Both the position numbers and the translations under genes were made by a program. From Adineta vaga (Eukaryota > Animalia > Rotifera): a stretch of 64,000 bases of DNA. Each line of letters starts with the position of its first letter. The first letter of the stretch is position 1. Under the pieces are notes generated by a model that saw only the letters and a list, made by a program, of their open reading frames with translations, did not search any database and was not told where the DNA came from. Below, in pieces: positions 46,809 to 64,000 of this stretch. The stretch spans positions 8,494,001-8,558,000 of the forward strand of contig CP075495.1 in NCBI GenBank assembly GCA_021613535.1, read 5' to 3'.

Positions 46809-48885
46809 TTAACAATGAACAAATAATTTTCTTTGTTGTCTTTCATAGTATTCTTGATCAAATAAACTAAATACAGAACTTTGAATATCGAGATCAATTT
46901 CTTCTAAATACCACTGTTGTTTCTTATTTAAAATCATATTCCAATGATCATGATATAATAACATACAATTAATAAATAATCGTTCATCATGTGTCATTAA
47001 ACGTTCGGATTCACTTTCAACAGGTATCCATGTTCGACAAAGTGTTTCTTGTTTACCCGTACGTATATAAGGTATATCATTATCAATAAAACCACATTGA
47101 CGTGAACTATCACCGATAACAAATTGTCGACCAAATTGATTTTTATAATTCGTTGTTAAATAGTCTAAAGAAGATTTTTCAAATAATTGTACAAAACATA
47201 ATCCTTTGGATTTAAGAAATATATCTAAGGAAAGAAATTTTAATTCAAAATCTTGATTTTTTGGATTGGGTAAACGTTTTGCCATGTAGATAGTACCATG
47301 TATAGAATTCCAAAAGTAATTTTCTCGTGCTTGTTCACTAATTATATTATACGAGTGAGCTTGAGATGATTCCGACGAAAAACGATGAATATAAGAAGAT
47401 GGTAAAAGTAAATATTGATGATAACGACTATGAATATCAGTTAAATTTATATAAATTTTATTAGTGTTTATACATTTGATAAATGGATAAATATACGAGT
47501 CGATTTGAACAAAACCACCTGATTCTTCCACAATGGATAGATCTAACTAAAAACAAAGAAAAATCAAACATAGATTGTATCAATGAATGCAATTATCTTA
47601 CACGTTTCTCGAAAAATAAACGTCGTTGTGCAATATTTGTTGAAGAAACACATAAGGAATCGATTTCATTATTTGATTGTCGCGTTTGTCTAGAAAGAAA
47701 GTCATTATTCAATCGACTGACATGTCAAGAGAAAGATCTTATAGATCAATACGAACATATAGTATTGTATGTAAACATATGAAGAATGTCTAATGTGAAT
47801 ACAGAATGTACAAGAATAGATTGGATATATTTTCAATCTAACCGATTCTAATTTATAGACAATCTCAATGCTTTCATCGACTGTGTGAGATGAATAACAT
47901 TCAGATAAGTATAGAAGACTTTAATTGTTTGAATAGGTGAATATTTCATTATTACCAAGGAGAGTTCTTTCTTCTCTAATTTACTACTATTTCATCGAGT
48001 ATATGTTTATGTGTATAAACAGCTTCTAATGCAAAATTGTCTTCATCGATTATCACTATTTCGAGCCAAAATACCAATACTTCCTTCGTTAATGGAATAG
48101 TCGTTTAGGGAAAGAAGAACCCAATTTCTATAATTCTGTAAGGTAGATTTTGTTTTAATCATATAAAACAATTTCTCACAAATGACATACTTTTCAATTT
48201 GATTTAAAACTAATTTTTCTTCGATTGTCCATCTTGATTTAACTTCTTGTCTCATTGTTTCAAGAATTTGTTCCCATTTTTCTGTATTAAAATATTTTGT
48301 TTGAAAAAATGATGTTGAACAATCCAAAATACCAAGAAGACAATCAAGTAGAGCAACACTTAATAATCGATTGGACCATTCAGCATGATTTTCAGGTATT
48401 ATATCAATACTTGATGATAGAGAATCAATAACACGATCATAATAAACAATTTCAATAGATGTCATTTCAAGTATAGGCAAGTTTTTCACCATATCTAATA
48501 TTGGACTTGAACGGTTCAGTTGATGTTGATCAAGTACGTTCAATGCATATGAAAATCGAATATATGGAACATAATGATTATTTGATAAACTAAAAACAAA
48601 ACAAATCAAAACATTTATAATATCAAATTATTATCTTACTAACCGAAAAAGTATTGGAATACGATATCGATAAAATGTCAAAAGACCATAATGTTTTCTA
48701 TGTGAGGGTAAGTCAATTGGACGCAATGGTGATGATTGAATTTGGGAAGTATTTGGAGATTTATTAAGTAGAATATCATTTAATTCATCATCTAAATTTC
48801 CATTATCTGTAGTTTCTGATGAAAGAAATTGACCTTCATATTCAATAAATTCAAATGGATCATCACCTAAACTACATAGATCCAT
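46809..48885 (-). CDS. Hypothetical multi-exon protein
   Basis: Co-oriented ORFs 48631-48885, 48043-48609 and 46809-47531 separated by intron-like segments; internal exons uncertain; no domain recognised. Confidence 0.5.
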
Positions 48886-49325
48886 TTATAATGATCGCTT
48901 TTCACTAGTAGATAGTTTACTGATAAATAATCTCAAAATGAGAATTCGATGCAAGATCGAATATGTAGAGAAAAGAGAAAAAGAAGACAATGCACATGGT
49001 TAATGAACGAAGAAAAGAGGAAAAGAGAAGAAAGATTTATATGAATTCTACAGAACAGATATCATATAGCTTCGTTGTAAAAGAAACTGTAAATTCAAAT
49101 CTATTATCAATAATCTAAATATTTTCATATCATTGTAATGTGTCTTTTTCTATTGTGAAGCATTGAAATTATAATAAAAATGCGCGTATCAATGATAAAC
49201 TTTATATATGAAGGTCTTTGTATGTTCATATCAATCCTGATAAAATCGTCGATATTTTCATATTTGAGTTTATTTAAATATTAAACAAAAACAAAAGAAA
49301 TAGTATACAAACATTTTAACAATTT

Positions 49326-49883
49326 TTATTCTTCTTTTGCTTTGAAATATTCACCTAGAATGAAAAAAAATAATATACTTACCATTCAGACTTTTTTTCT
49401 ATCTTACCTAATTTTTCCACTGCTTCAATAGCAATTGCTGGATTCATTCGATCATTGAATGTTCCGAATAGAATATAAACTTTTGTTTTAACAACGATTA
49501 ATCCTCGATTATTCTAAACGAAATTGGTTGAAGATTTATTTATATTGAAAGATTTCTGTACTTCTTTAGCATAAATCGATTCATTATCAGTTCGAATACA
49601 TGTATAATAAGTCTCATTAAAATAAAGACCTTTTTTACGTAAAAGCGTCGGTTGATTAAATGCATTGACAAGTGTATCAACATCAGTTTGTTCTAGCTAA
49701 AGAAAAAAAGAAGTCAAGATTTTATTCATTCAATTTCTCTTATTTTGTTAGAATAAATCTGAATACTTTATAACCAACAGATGTTGTCTTTATTTGACTA
49801 GTATCACGAATAAGTAATCCACATTTTTCAATATGACCCGAATCGATCAATGCTGTATGCAGTAATACTTGAAGTTGATTCAT
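49326..49883 (-). CDS. PFN4: Profilin-4-like protein (4 exons; not in the ORF track)
   Basis: MNQLQVLLHTALIDSGHIEKCGLL.../LEQTDVDTLVNAFNQPTLLRKKGLYFNETYYTCIRTDNESIYAKE/NNRGLIVVKTKVYILFGTFNDRMNPAIAIEAVEKL/GEYFKAKEE*. Confidence 0.88.
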
Positions 49884-50515
49884 GATAATGATCGATTTGT
49901 TCACTTACAATACTTTTTATACTACACATTTTTCTTTCTTTCTTATTCTTTTTTTTTCTTCTACTTTCAGCCATATTTATGGAAGTTGCACTGACTTCAG
50001 CCTCCTTCTTTTTAATGCTTTTCTTTTCTTCATTTCGATACATATCAACCATCAAGGACAAAGAAAGCAGTAAAATTTTACATGAAAATCTTCTTAAAAT
50101 TTCAATTAAAAGTTATAGAAAGTTCAATCCGTTTTTAGTCTTTCTAGTCACATAAATCTCTGTAGTCCTATATCCAAAAAAAGGAGAGATGGAAGAAGAA
50201 CTTAAACTATACGTTCAAACAAATAATTTTTCTTCCACATTTATCAAATGTGAAGATATACAAACTATATGCACACCAATCAGAAATCACGGTATACATA
50301 AACGATCAAATACGAAACAAAAAAGAAGTGCTAGAGCTAACACGAAAATGTGTTGCTGACCAATGAACAGAATGTTAAATGTATAATTTCGAATAGAAGA
50401 AGGGCATGTCGAAAAAAAAACAAGCTAATAATAATGATAAGATTAGCAATATGAATAAACCACACAATACAATAAATTAGTCATATCATATTCATCTTGT
50501 CGAATCATATAGCAT

Positions 50516-51237
50516 TTATTTGGTCGTTTTCTTTCCACGACCACCTACGCGTTTGCGACCAGTTGTACCTGTTTTCTTATTACCAGCAGTTCGTTTTATA
50601 TATGCTTTTCCCTCCTATTTGAAACAAAACTTGAAAGAGAAAATACATGAGATAAAACGCAATTTACTTTGGCAGTATTCGCCATTGTACCAAGTCGTTT
50701 TAATGCTGGTTTTCGTCCACCTGTTGATTTAGTTACTTCTTGAAGAGCTTGTTTAGCTTTAACAGCTGCTTGTCGACGTTTCGTTTCCGCACGTGTATCA
50801 CCAAGTGATTGTGCACCAATAATTGTTTTGCCCTCCTTCAAAATCAATTCATGTCTTTTCTATTAAAAGCAGTTTTCATTAATTTATCGTACATACTTTT
50901 GCTGTGGTTTTCATTGTCCGTGCTTTTGACAGTTTTGGTTTTGATGTTGTTGTAGTTGTTGCACTAGATGAAGCCGTTGTCGTCGGAGGTGATGCTGTTT
51001 CATCAGCATCATCATCAGTGGATATATCTGACTTATCACGTGCATTTAACATGGCATTGACATGCTTTAATTTATCTTCACCCCATACTTGTTTCAAAAA
51101 TTCTTGACCAGCCTATATAATAATATCGGATATAAAGAAAGGAAGATCTCGGTTATTAGTCTTACGGCAGCAGTAGAAGCCATTGTTCCAGCTTTTTTTA
51201 ATGATGCCTTTGTGGTTTTACTTTTTTTAGGAGCCAT
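50516..51237 (-). CDS. Basic 184-aa Lys/Thr/Ala-rich protein with three internal repeats (4 exons)
   Basis: Exons 51237-51166, 51112-50897, 50835-50668 and 50614-50516, all joined in phase 0. Repeats LKKAGTMASTAA/AG, LSKARTMKTTAK/EGK and LKRLGTMANTAK/EGK. Confidence 0.8.
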
Positions 51238-52268
51238 CAATTTGTTCTAGAGGTGTTTATGTGTGCACAGGTATATGTAAAAAATAGTAAAGAAAAGAAC
51301 GAGAAAAATGAAATAAAGATTTGAAAAAAATGGACGTTTATCTAAAATACACAGATTTTACGTTTACTATAAGATTGATGTAATGAACATATATATTGAT
51401 AGGAATGTTCATAGGAGGTCTATAGAAAACTGAGAGTTTATATTGATCCTAAAAGACGTAATTTCACATATTTCAGTGTTATATGTGCAATAACTTGTTG
51501 TTGCCTATGTAGGAAAAATGCGTGTGAGCGTATGTGTGGGTATTGATAAAGTCAATAAAGAAAAAGAAAGAAAGAAAGAAAAAATGTCAAAATCGTAGCC
51601 ATCGTCAAAATTCTTTTTCAGCCTGGCCCTCTATATTGCTTCTGTATGAAACAGTTAATTACGTATTAATTGCAAAAAAATCAAAATATTCATTACACTA
51701 GACATTCTAATTTGAAAAATATCGAATATTGTTGATCAATGATTGAAAAAGAAAGTACGAAAAGATGAAAAAGTTACGCTTAGTTTTCTTATACTACTTT
51801 TAAAGTCCGTATCGGTATGCTAAAATACCATATAGACACCTAGATATGGGTCATAGTTAGTGAAAAAACTTACGTTTAACTGCTAATAAAATATTTTATC
51901 ATCTATCTATTCGAAGATATATAGTCAAATAATAAAAAGTAAATTAACATAATCTTTCTACTTATAGCATCGCTATTCGATTGGCTTACCAAAGTTTCTC
52001 TAATTTGGAATATAAAAGAAAAGAGAACATTTTAATCATCCGAACGTATAATACCTATTCTATCGAGGGTAATGGGGCCGTAAATTATGTAAGAAGAGCT
52101 CGTGGTAAGCAAGAGAACAGAAAAAAAGTCAAGTAAAATAAAACTAAGTATGATACACGAAACATAAATTTGTGCATTGTCATCATCATCATCATCTATA
52201 GAATATATTTTATGTGATACATTCGTTTCATATCTCTACATATTTGTTTTTTATATAATTTAGATAAG

Positions 52269-53095
52269 ATGACTAGTGTTGAGAATAAAACTACTACGTC
52301 GACTAGTCCATTAATAACTGTTTATTGGTTGAATGAAAGTCGTGCTGATCGAATATTATTATTACTCGAAGAATTAGAAATACCGTATGTTATTGAAAAA
52401 GTTGAACGTGGTTTGGATAAACTTGCACCAGCAGAATTAAAAAAAATTCATCCATTAGGAAAAAGTCCAGTAATTAAAGATGGTGATAAAGTAGTGGCTG
52501 AGTCAGGTTTTATTATTGATTATTTAATTGGTAAATATGGAAAAGAAAAGCATTTAAAACCAACAAATGAAGACGATTTATTTCAATATAATTATGTATG
52601 TTGCGTTCTTCGTTCTATTCCTTAGTTTCATTGAATCATTCATTGTTTTCTTTTTCTTCTAGTTTTTACATTACATTGAAGGAAGTTTAATGCCTATTTT
52701 AGTAATGAAATATGTCTTTTCAAATTTACAAAAACAAGCTCCATGGTTAATTAAACCAGTGGTTAATGGTATTTGTAACAAAATTAATGAATTATATTTA
52801 GGACCAAATATTCAAACACATCTCGATTTTCTCGAAGGAGAACTCAGACAGAGAAAATGGTTAGCCGGTGAACAATTTTCTGGTGCCGATATTCAGGTAT
52901 TTCAAGCATATATTGTTTTTTTACGCATGTATTTATTCTTCATAGGCAAGTTTTGCAGTGGAAATGTTATTGAAACGAGCTGCTGTTAATGAAGAGAGTG
53001 TACCTAATTTAAATCGATATGTTGCAGCTATGCGTGAACGACCTGCATACAAACGAGCAATGGAAAAAGTTGGAAAAACTGCAATTGCTGAGTAA
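52269..53095 (+). CDS. Glutathione S-transferase, GTT1-like (bacterial/fungal type), 3 coding exons
   Basis: ITVYWLNESRADRILLLLEELEIPY..LAPAELKKIHPLGKSPVI..VAESGFIIDYL; C-domain HYIEGSLMP, WLAGEQFSGADIQ, RERPAYKRA. Confidence 0.9.
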
Positions 53096-54032
53096 AACTG
53101 CTGCAACTATTTGAAACAATATTTATCTGATTACCAATACATGTACCATTATTTTTCTATTACATTGACAACAAATGTGCTTTTCCAGAGAAAAAAAAAT
53201 AAAAAGTTTTATCGCCATTCAATCTATATGATGAACCAAAGTATTCTATCTGTCAAAAAACATGAAATGGAGTTGAACGATGAAAATAATAATGATTTGC
53301 TAATTACAAATGTGTCACTGATTCCAATGAACGAAATACACTATTCAGACTCACGTGCTTTAGAGTACTTGTTAGTTAATAGCTTCATACCACTTATAAT
53401 ACTATCTATATACAAACTATGTTTTCATGAATCGATCTTGAGATGATAATAAGTATACTTGAGTGACTAAAACGTCTATTTAGCAAACCAAAGCATTCTA
53501 AAATCACTCACTTTGATATGCAAATAGGCAAGAAATTAATCATTAATATTCGAATAAACAGATACATCTTGAGTTATTATATTAAATAAGCCGGTATATT
53601 CAATATTATGATCTTTACTTGAAACTAAAACTTATCTTCATCAATTTTCACTATACTCACTGAATATCAAAGGAAATTTCTTGTGATAATGGGAAACAAG
53701 AAGTAGCTATTGAAAATAAAATTCTAAACCAATATTCGGCACAAATCTTAGTTTATACGAACAGTAATTTATATATTCAATATTGGAATCATGTTTGTCT
53801 GATTCATAGCGACATCTATACATATTCTTTATATTGCACTCGTATAAAATACGATCGGTCGTCCTTTATAACCTTTGCCAGTTGCAGCTATGATGTTTTT
53901 TATTCGTTCTTTTTACCAATCATACATGCTTAAAAAAAAATAAAAATCTATGTCTTAAAAACGAGTAATTGAACCTTAGTTTAGCTATTATCTTCATTAA
54001 TTTGTTAATTTGTGTATTAAATTTAATTGAAT

Positions 54033-58359
<4,327 letters not shown>

Positions 58360-58764
58360 CCTTTTTTCTACGTTCAATTATAATATTATCTCAGGGATTA
58401 CATTTGTCTTGTTCTTTGTTTGGCTCAATATTTATATACGATATTTGTTGTATATCATTATCGTACTTTCTCCTGAACTGTCTTATTCTTAGATATATCG
58501 AGTTTATTTGTTTCTTCTCCTTAATCTGTGTTCAGTTCTCTCCGCTTTATGAAATATCTTTATAATAGATTAGTTTTCATGTGTATATAAGTGTTGTTCC
58601 TTCTTTTATGATTGTTTTCTGTACTATCGATTGTAACGATACAAAAACACGTAAACAAATTTCAAAACAAATGATGTCATCTCTGACAGTATTGCACAAT
58701 TATGATATTTCACCTTTTTTCTTCTCTTTACATATTGATGATCATTTGCAAGTTTTTTCGTCGA

Positions 58765-59601
58765 ATGATGACTACGAATACAAGTACCAAATTTAATCTC
58801 ATTGATATCGGAGCGAATCTAACACATAGATCATTCAAACAAAATATTCAACACGTATTAGATCGAGCTTCAAAAGCTCAAGTTTCTGATATTATCATTA
58901 CAGGAACAAGTTTATCGGCAAGTCGGGAAGCTAGTCGTCTAGTAGCTAAATATAATCAAGAACAACAACTAGTAAAACTTTATTCGACCGTTGGTATTCA
59001 TCCACATGAAGCTACTCGTCATTCAGCATATAATTATCGTGAACAACTAGTTGATATTTTACAAAATAGGAAAACAGTCGTTGCTCTAGGAGAATGTGGT
59101 CTTGATTATGATCGTAATTTTTCAATTCATGATGACCAAAAACGTGTCTTTGATACACAATTACAACTTGCTTGTGATTTTAATCTACCATTATTTATGC
59201 ATGAACGATCAGCTCCGACGGATATGTTATCTCTACTAGCAAATTATTCACAACATGCAAATTTTCGTGGTGTTATTCATTGTTTTACACATGGTTCTCT
59301 AGCTACACTTCAAAAATATCTTGCACTTAATCTTTATATTGGAATTACTGGATGGGTATGCGATGAAAGACGTGGAAAAGATTTAGTTAAATTAATTCCA
59401 CATATTCCATTAGATCGTCTTCTAATTGAAAGCGATGCACCATTTCTACTGCCACGAAATATACCAAAACCTTGGCCACAAGAAAATGAACCATGTTATT
59501 TAACTTATATAGTGAACAAATTGGCCGAATGCTATTCAGTTTCTCCTGATGAAATTGCCAAGTACTCAACAGAAAATGCGAAAAAACTGTTCAATATTTA
59601 A
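58765..59601 (+). CDS. tatD: TatD-family nuclease, close to the E. coli TatD type; intronless
   Basis: LIDIGANLT, STVGIHPH, VVALGECGLDYDRNFS, LPLFMHER, VIHCFT, IGITGWVCDERRG, LLIESDAPFLLPR, NEP. Confidence 0.92.
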   Translation: MMTTNTSTKFNLIDIGANLTHRSFKQNIQHVLDRASKAQVSDIIITGTSLSASREASRLVAKYNQEQQLVKLYSTVGIHPHEATRHSAYNYREQLVDILQNRKTVVALGECGLDYDRNFSIHDDQKRVFDTQLQLACDFNLPLFMHERSAPTDMLSLLANYSQHANFRGVIHCFTHGSLATLQKYLALNLYIGITGWVCDERRGKDLVKLIPHIPLDRLLIESDAPFLLPRNIPKPWPQENEPCYLTYIVNKLAECYSVSPDEIAKYSTENAKKLFNI

Positions 59602-60019
59602 TTGATTAGAATGAGATATATATATAAAGAATAAATGATCTATGCTCAATACAATGATATAACGTTTATTATAGAGAATTTTTTGGATCAATACGATTGG
59701 ACAGTTTTTCTTTGCATCAAATAAATTTTATCGGGAAAAAGTAAATATTGGGCAGATATCTGTAAGAATGGTTCTCTATCTTAATATTGAATACTAACCA
59801 CTAACTATGTCTCTCTTCAAAACACTGATCAAATTGAAGACAAAATATACAGTGTGACAAATTTTAATAGAATTCTTTTGTATAATTTACAAATAAAAAG
59901 AAACACAAAAAAATGAGATACAAAACAACAGAGATCAAAATGGAGAGGTTGACAAGATAAAAAGTAATTGAATATTGCTTAACTATTGGAGTGAGAGAAA
60001 TAGAGAAATATTTTGACTT

Positions 60020-61925
60020 TTACATGGCTTTGACTTTCATTTGTTTCATTTTTGGTTGTCGTCGTTTCATTTCGCGTTTATGTTCTTTTTCTTCCCATTT
60101 ACGTTGCCTTTCTGGATCGTCCGATTGCATGATCTTTTCTTTTTCGACTCGACGTTTTTCTTCACGTCGTTGTTGTGCTTGTTCTTGTCTTTGTTGATTA
60201 ACATTCTTTAAAAACTGTTCTTCAATGCGTTGACGGTTTTTAATTGCTTTTGTTTTGGATTCTTTTAATGTAAAACGAAATGAATTGACTCGATCGACTA
60301 ATTGCAATACGAAACGTAAATAATCACTGCCGATACTTTCTGTTGTGACTTGTAATGATCGATCATTTCGTGCGACTAGATTAAATCCAACAATTAGAAC
60401 ACGACGAACAGAGCGTTCTGTCGTATTTAACGCATCTTGTTGTTGAGTTGCGTTACCCGTATTAGACACAGTATTAGCCGTATTTGATGAATTAGACGTC
60501 GATTGTTGACTATCATTTTGTATTTTCATGCCTGTATATTGATCACTTATATGAATATATTCTAGAACATCAGGAAATCTAAATGAGATATGAAAAAGTA
60601 ACAGTTTATAAATAAATAAATGTAGATAAGGATCATACATACTTTTCAACAAAATCGAGTAGACGATTGTCGATAATGGCATTTGATACTTCACCAATTT
60701 CATTTAATATCTGATAGTTTCCATTTAAACCACGTTTATCTGCATTCTTTCTTTCTGAACAAAACTGACTAAGATCATTCATATCACGATGTAATTTTGC
60801 TGCACAACGTTTTTTAGCTAAACAAAATACAAATGTTTCCATTTCATCTTTACTATAATCAGCTGTATAAATAATCATATCATTTGTTGATTTAATCATT
60901 GCAGCCAATGAATTAAATAAACATTGTCGTTTGATAAAACGTATTTCGATGAGCATGCTTTCTATTGCTGTTCGACCAGTACACCAAAGTATATATAAAC
61001 TTTCGGATTCTTTATACATTTTATTGGTGGTTAAATCATTCGTTGTTGAATCATCTGTTGATTGAATAGTACGTGTTTGACCATTATCACCAACAACAGA
61101 AAAATTCTTTTCAAGTAAATCATGCTGTGAACGAAAAATCGTATCAGCAAGACGAGCATTCTTTGAACGACCAATAAGGAAATTGATTAAATAGCCAAGA
61201 AGTACAAGAATCATGATTGCTTCGCAATGATAAGCTTCCCATTGATTGCCTGTTAAATTAGCAGGAACTTTTGTAATTTGTAGATCGGGAATTGATGATG
61301 CAGCTTGTGATGATAGAGGTGAAAATGCATCCGACTAAATAGATTTATATGAAATTTTTTTACAATAGAAAGCAATGATTGAAAATACACTATTCAAAGT
61401 AAAATATGTTTTAATGCTAAAGAAAAGGTTGTGCGATGAAATGTGACCTTTTATCTTCAAGGCATTGAATCATTATGAGAGTATATCAAAATTTTAGTGG
61501 AAATAAACAGATTTTTTACCGTTTCAAATTCTTCTTCATCAAACACCAGATCATCATCATCATCATCATCAACGATGTCATTGTCGTCATCGACAGTCAC
61601 ATCATCATTCATTTTTTTATCTGTACTTTTGCTTTGTGAAGTTTGAGATGAACCATCATTATTTATTACTTCAGGCTTATTTTTTTGCATTTTGGATGGT
61701 AATTGACTAGCACCGGATAGAGACGGAATTTCTGAGATGAATAAAGATCATGTAATTTTTCTTTCTTTCTCGAATAAATCAAAGTTACATACCAACAACA
61801 AATTCATCTTCATCAAAATCATCAAATTCCGAAAAATCTTCATCTTTCATCTTCTTTGCTACTGACCATATCAAACAAGACAAGAGATTAAATAAAATAA
61901 ATAAGACAGTAATAGATGAACGCAT
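60020..61925 (-). CDS. CCDC47: PAT complex subunit CCDC47 (calumin), multi-exon
   Basis: Signal peptide plus acidic DFSEFDDFDEDE; TM segment MILVLLGYLINFLIGRSKN; LWCTGR; YIHISDQYTG; C-terminus EQAQQRREEKRRVEKEKIM..DPERQRKWEEKE..PKMKQMKVKAM. Confidence 0.93.
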
Positions 61926-63003
61926 ATTATTAAACTTATTTTTTTAATAAGCGATTAGTGAAAGATGTTTTGATATTAACAACATCGTAAGGAAAAGAAA
62001 AAACGTCTTCATGGTTTCTTGAAATTCTATTGGTTGACAATTGTTATCCAATAGATAATATTAAGAGCATTTTCATCTTAATAATGGTAAATATTTCTAA
62101 TTAAAAAAACAGTTCAAATGATTTTCTGTTAATTAATTTAACTTTTTCGACGCATTAGAGTAAATAGATGGAAGCATACAATAGGAGATGATAACCAATG
62201 AGATATCACAACGTTTTTTTGTCTTCATTTAATCACAACAACGGACAATCATTTTCTTCCTTCGTTGTCCAGTCCGATCGACCTTTTCGATAAACAAAAA
62301 GGGGGAAAAAAACTTTTGAACGTTTTCTTTTTCTTTTTAGATCTTAACATCAATAAAACATTGTTCTTTACATATCTAAGATGATGTTTAACAACAGTTA
62401 ACATATTCATATCTATTTATTTGCTATCTCATAAGGTGATTCTATTTTATATGAATTGAAATGTTGTAAAAGAAAACGAGTGTAGATTTCGATTTATAAA
62501 TCTAGTTCACAAAAAGAAAGTTGTAGCTATTTTATTAACATTAAATGAGTTTTTATTCAGTTCAATTTTCAATGTACAACATGACAGACTAAATAAGGAA
62601 TGACATGGAGTCAATGATGAAATACAAAAAGAGAATAGATGACAAGTCTTCTTTTTTCTTTTCTGTCTTTTTCCTGCGTCATATGCATTACTATATACGG
62701 AAAGAGAGAAGTATTTTGTGTCAATGGGTATGTTTTCAAGAGAAGATGTCGCAACAATTGCTTGCTTCATATGTATATGTACTAACATATTCTACAAACT
62801 TCTCTATTTCTATCAACAATTGCCACATACTGTGATTCTAGGGGGCACGCAGAAGAAAGAAAGAAAGAAAGAAAGAAAAGAATCTAGAAACGTAGCGGAA
62901 ATGATAACTGTATGTTTATTTCAGGTTGCTCTTGTTATTGTCGTCATCAGCTTATAGAATCTTCGTTAACGTATAACATTACAAATCTCTACTTCTATTA
63001 TAC

Positions 63004-64000
<997 letters not shown>

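Noticed and set aside
53111-53800. ORF 53111-53446 and flanking DNA as a transposon relic
   Set aside because: No transposase or RT motifs, terminal repeats or target-site duplication seen.

Overview
AT-rich, gene-dense eukaryotic (metazoan) DNA with very short GT-AG introns (mostly 50-60 nt). The intron sizes, compact gene spacing, lineage-typical GPCR and zinc-finger/coiled-coil families, and bacterial-type genes mixed among animal genes suggest a bdelloid rotifer; this is an inference. About 30 protein-coding loci can be reconstructed. Recognisable genes: MRM3 (partial), a kinesin-6, a Kelch protein, a PRXamide/pyrokinin-like neuropeptide precursor, an NSUN7-like protein lacking both catalytic Cys, Arx/aristaless, PIKfyve, a Loquacious/TARBP2-like dsRNA-binding protein, an EGF/EB plus C-type-lectin membrane protein, CYP20, profilin-4, a GTT1-like GST, a PHF8/KDM7 demethylase, a bacterial-type TatD, CCDC47 and coronin (partial). 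There are also several orphan genes and a GPCR pseudogene. The most unusual region is the minus-strand block at 33.0-38.8 kb, a run of co-oriented genes with almost no intergenic space. It holds an array of orphan multi-pass membrane ORFs ending in a membrane-anchored RING protein, followed by two small orphan proteins with mitochondrial-type presequences, one a hydrophilin. Two spacers have an operon-like layout (AATAAA, U-rich tract, splice acceptor). No rRNA, tRNA, CRISPR array or intact mobile element was recognised. Exon structures were worked out by eye and need RNA confirmation.
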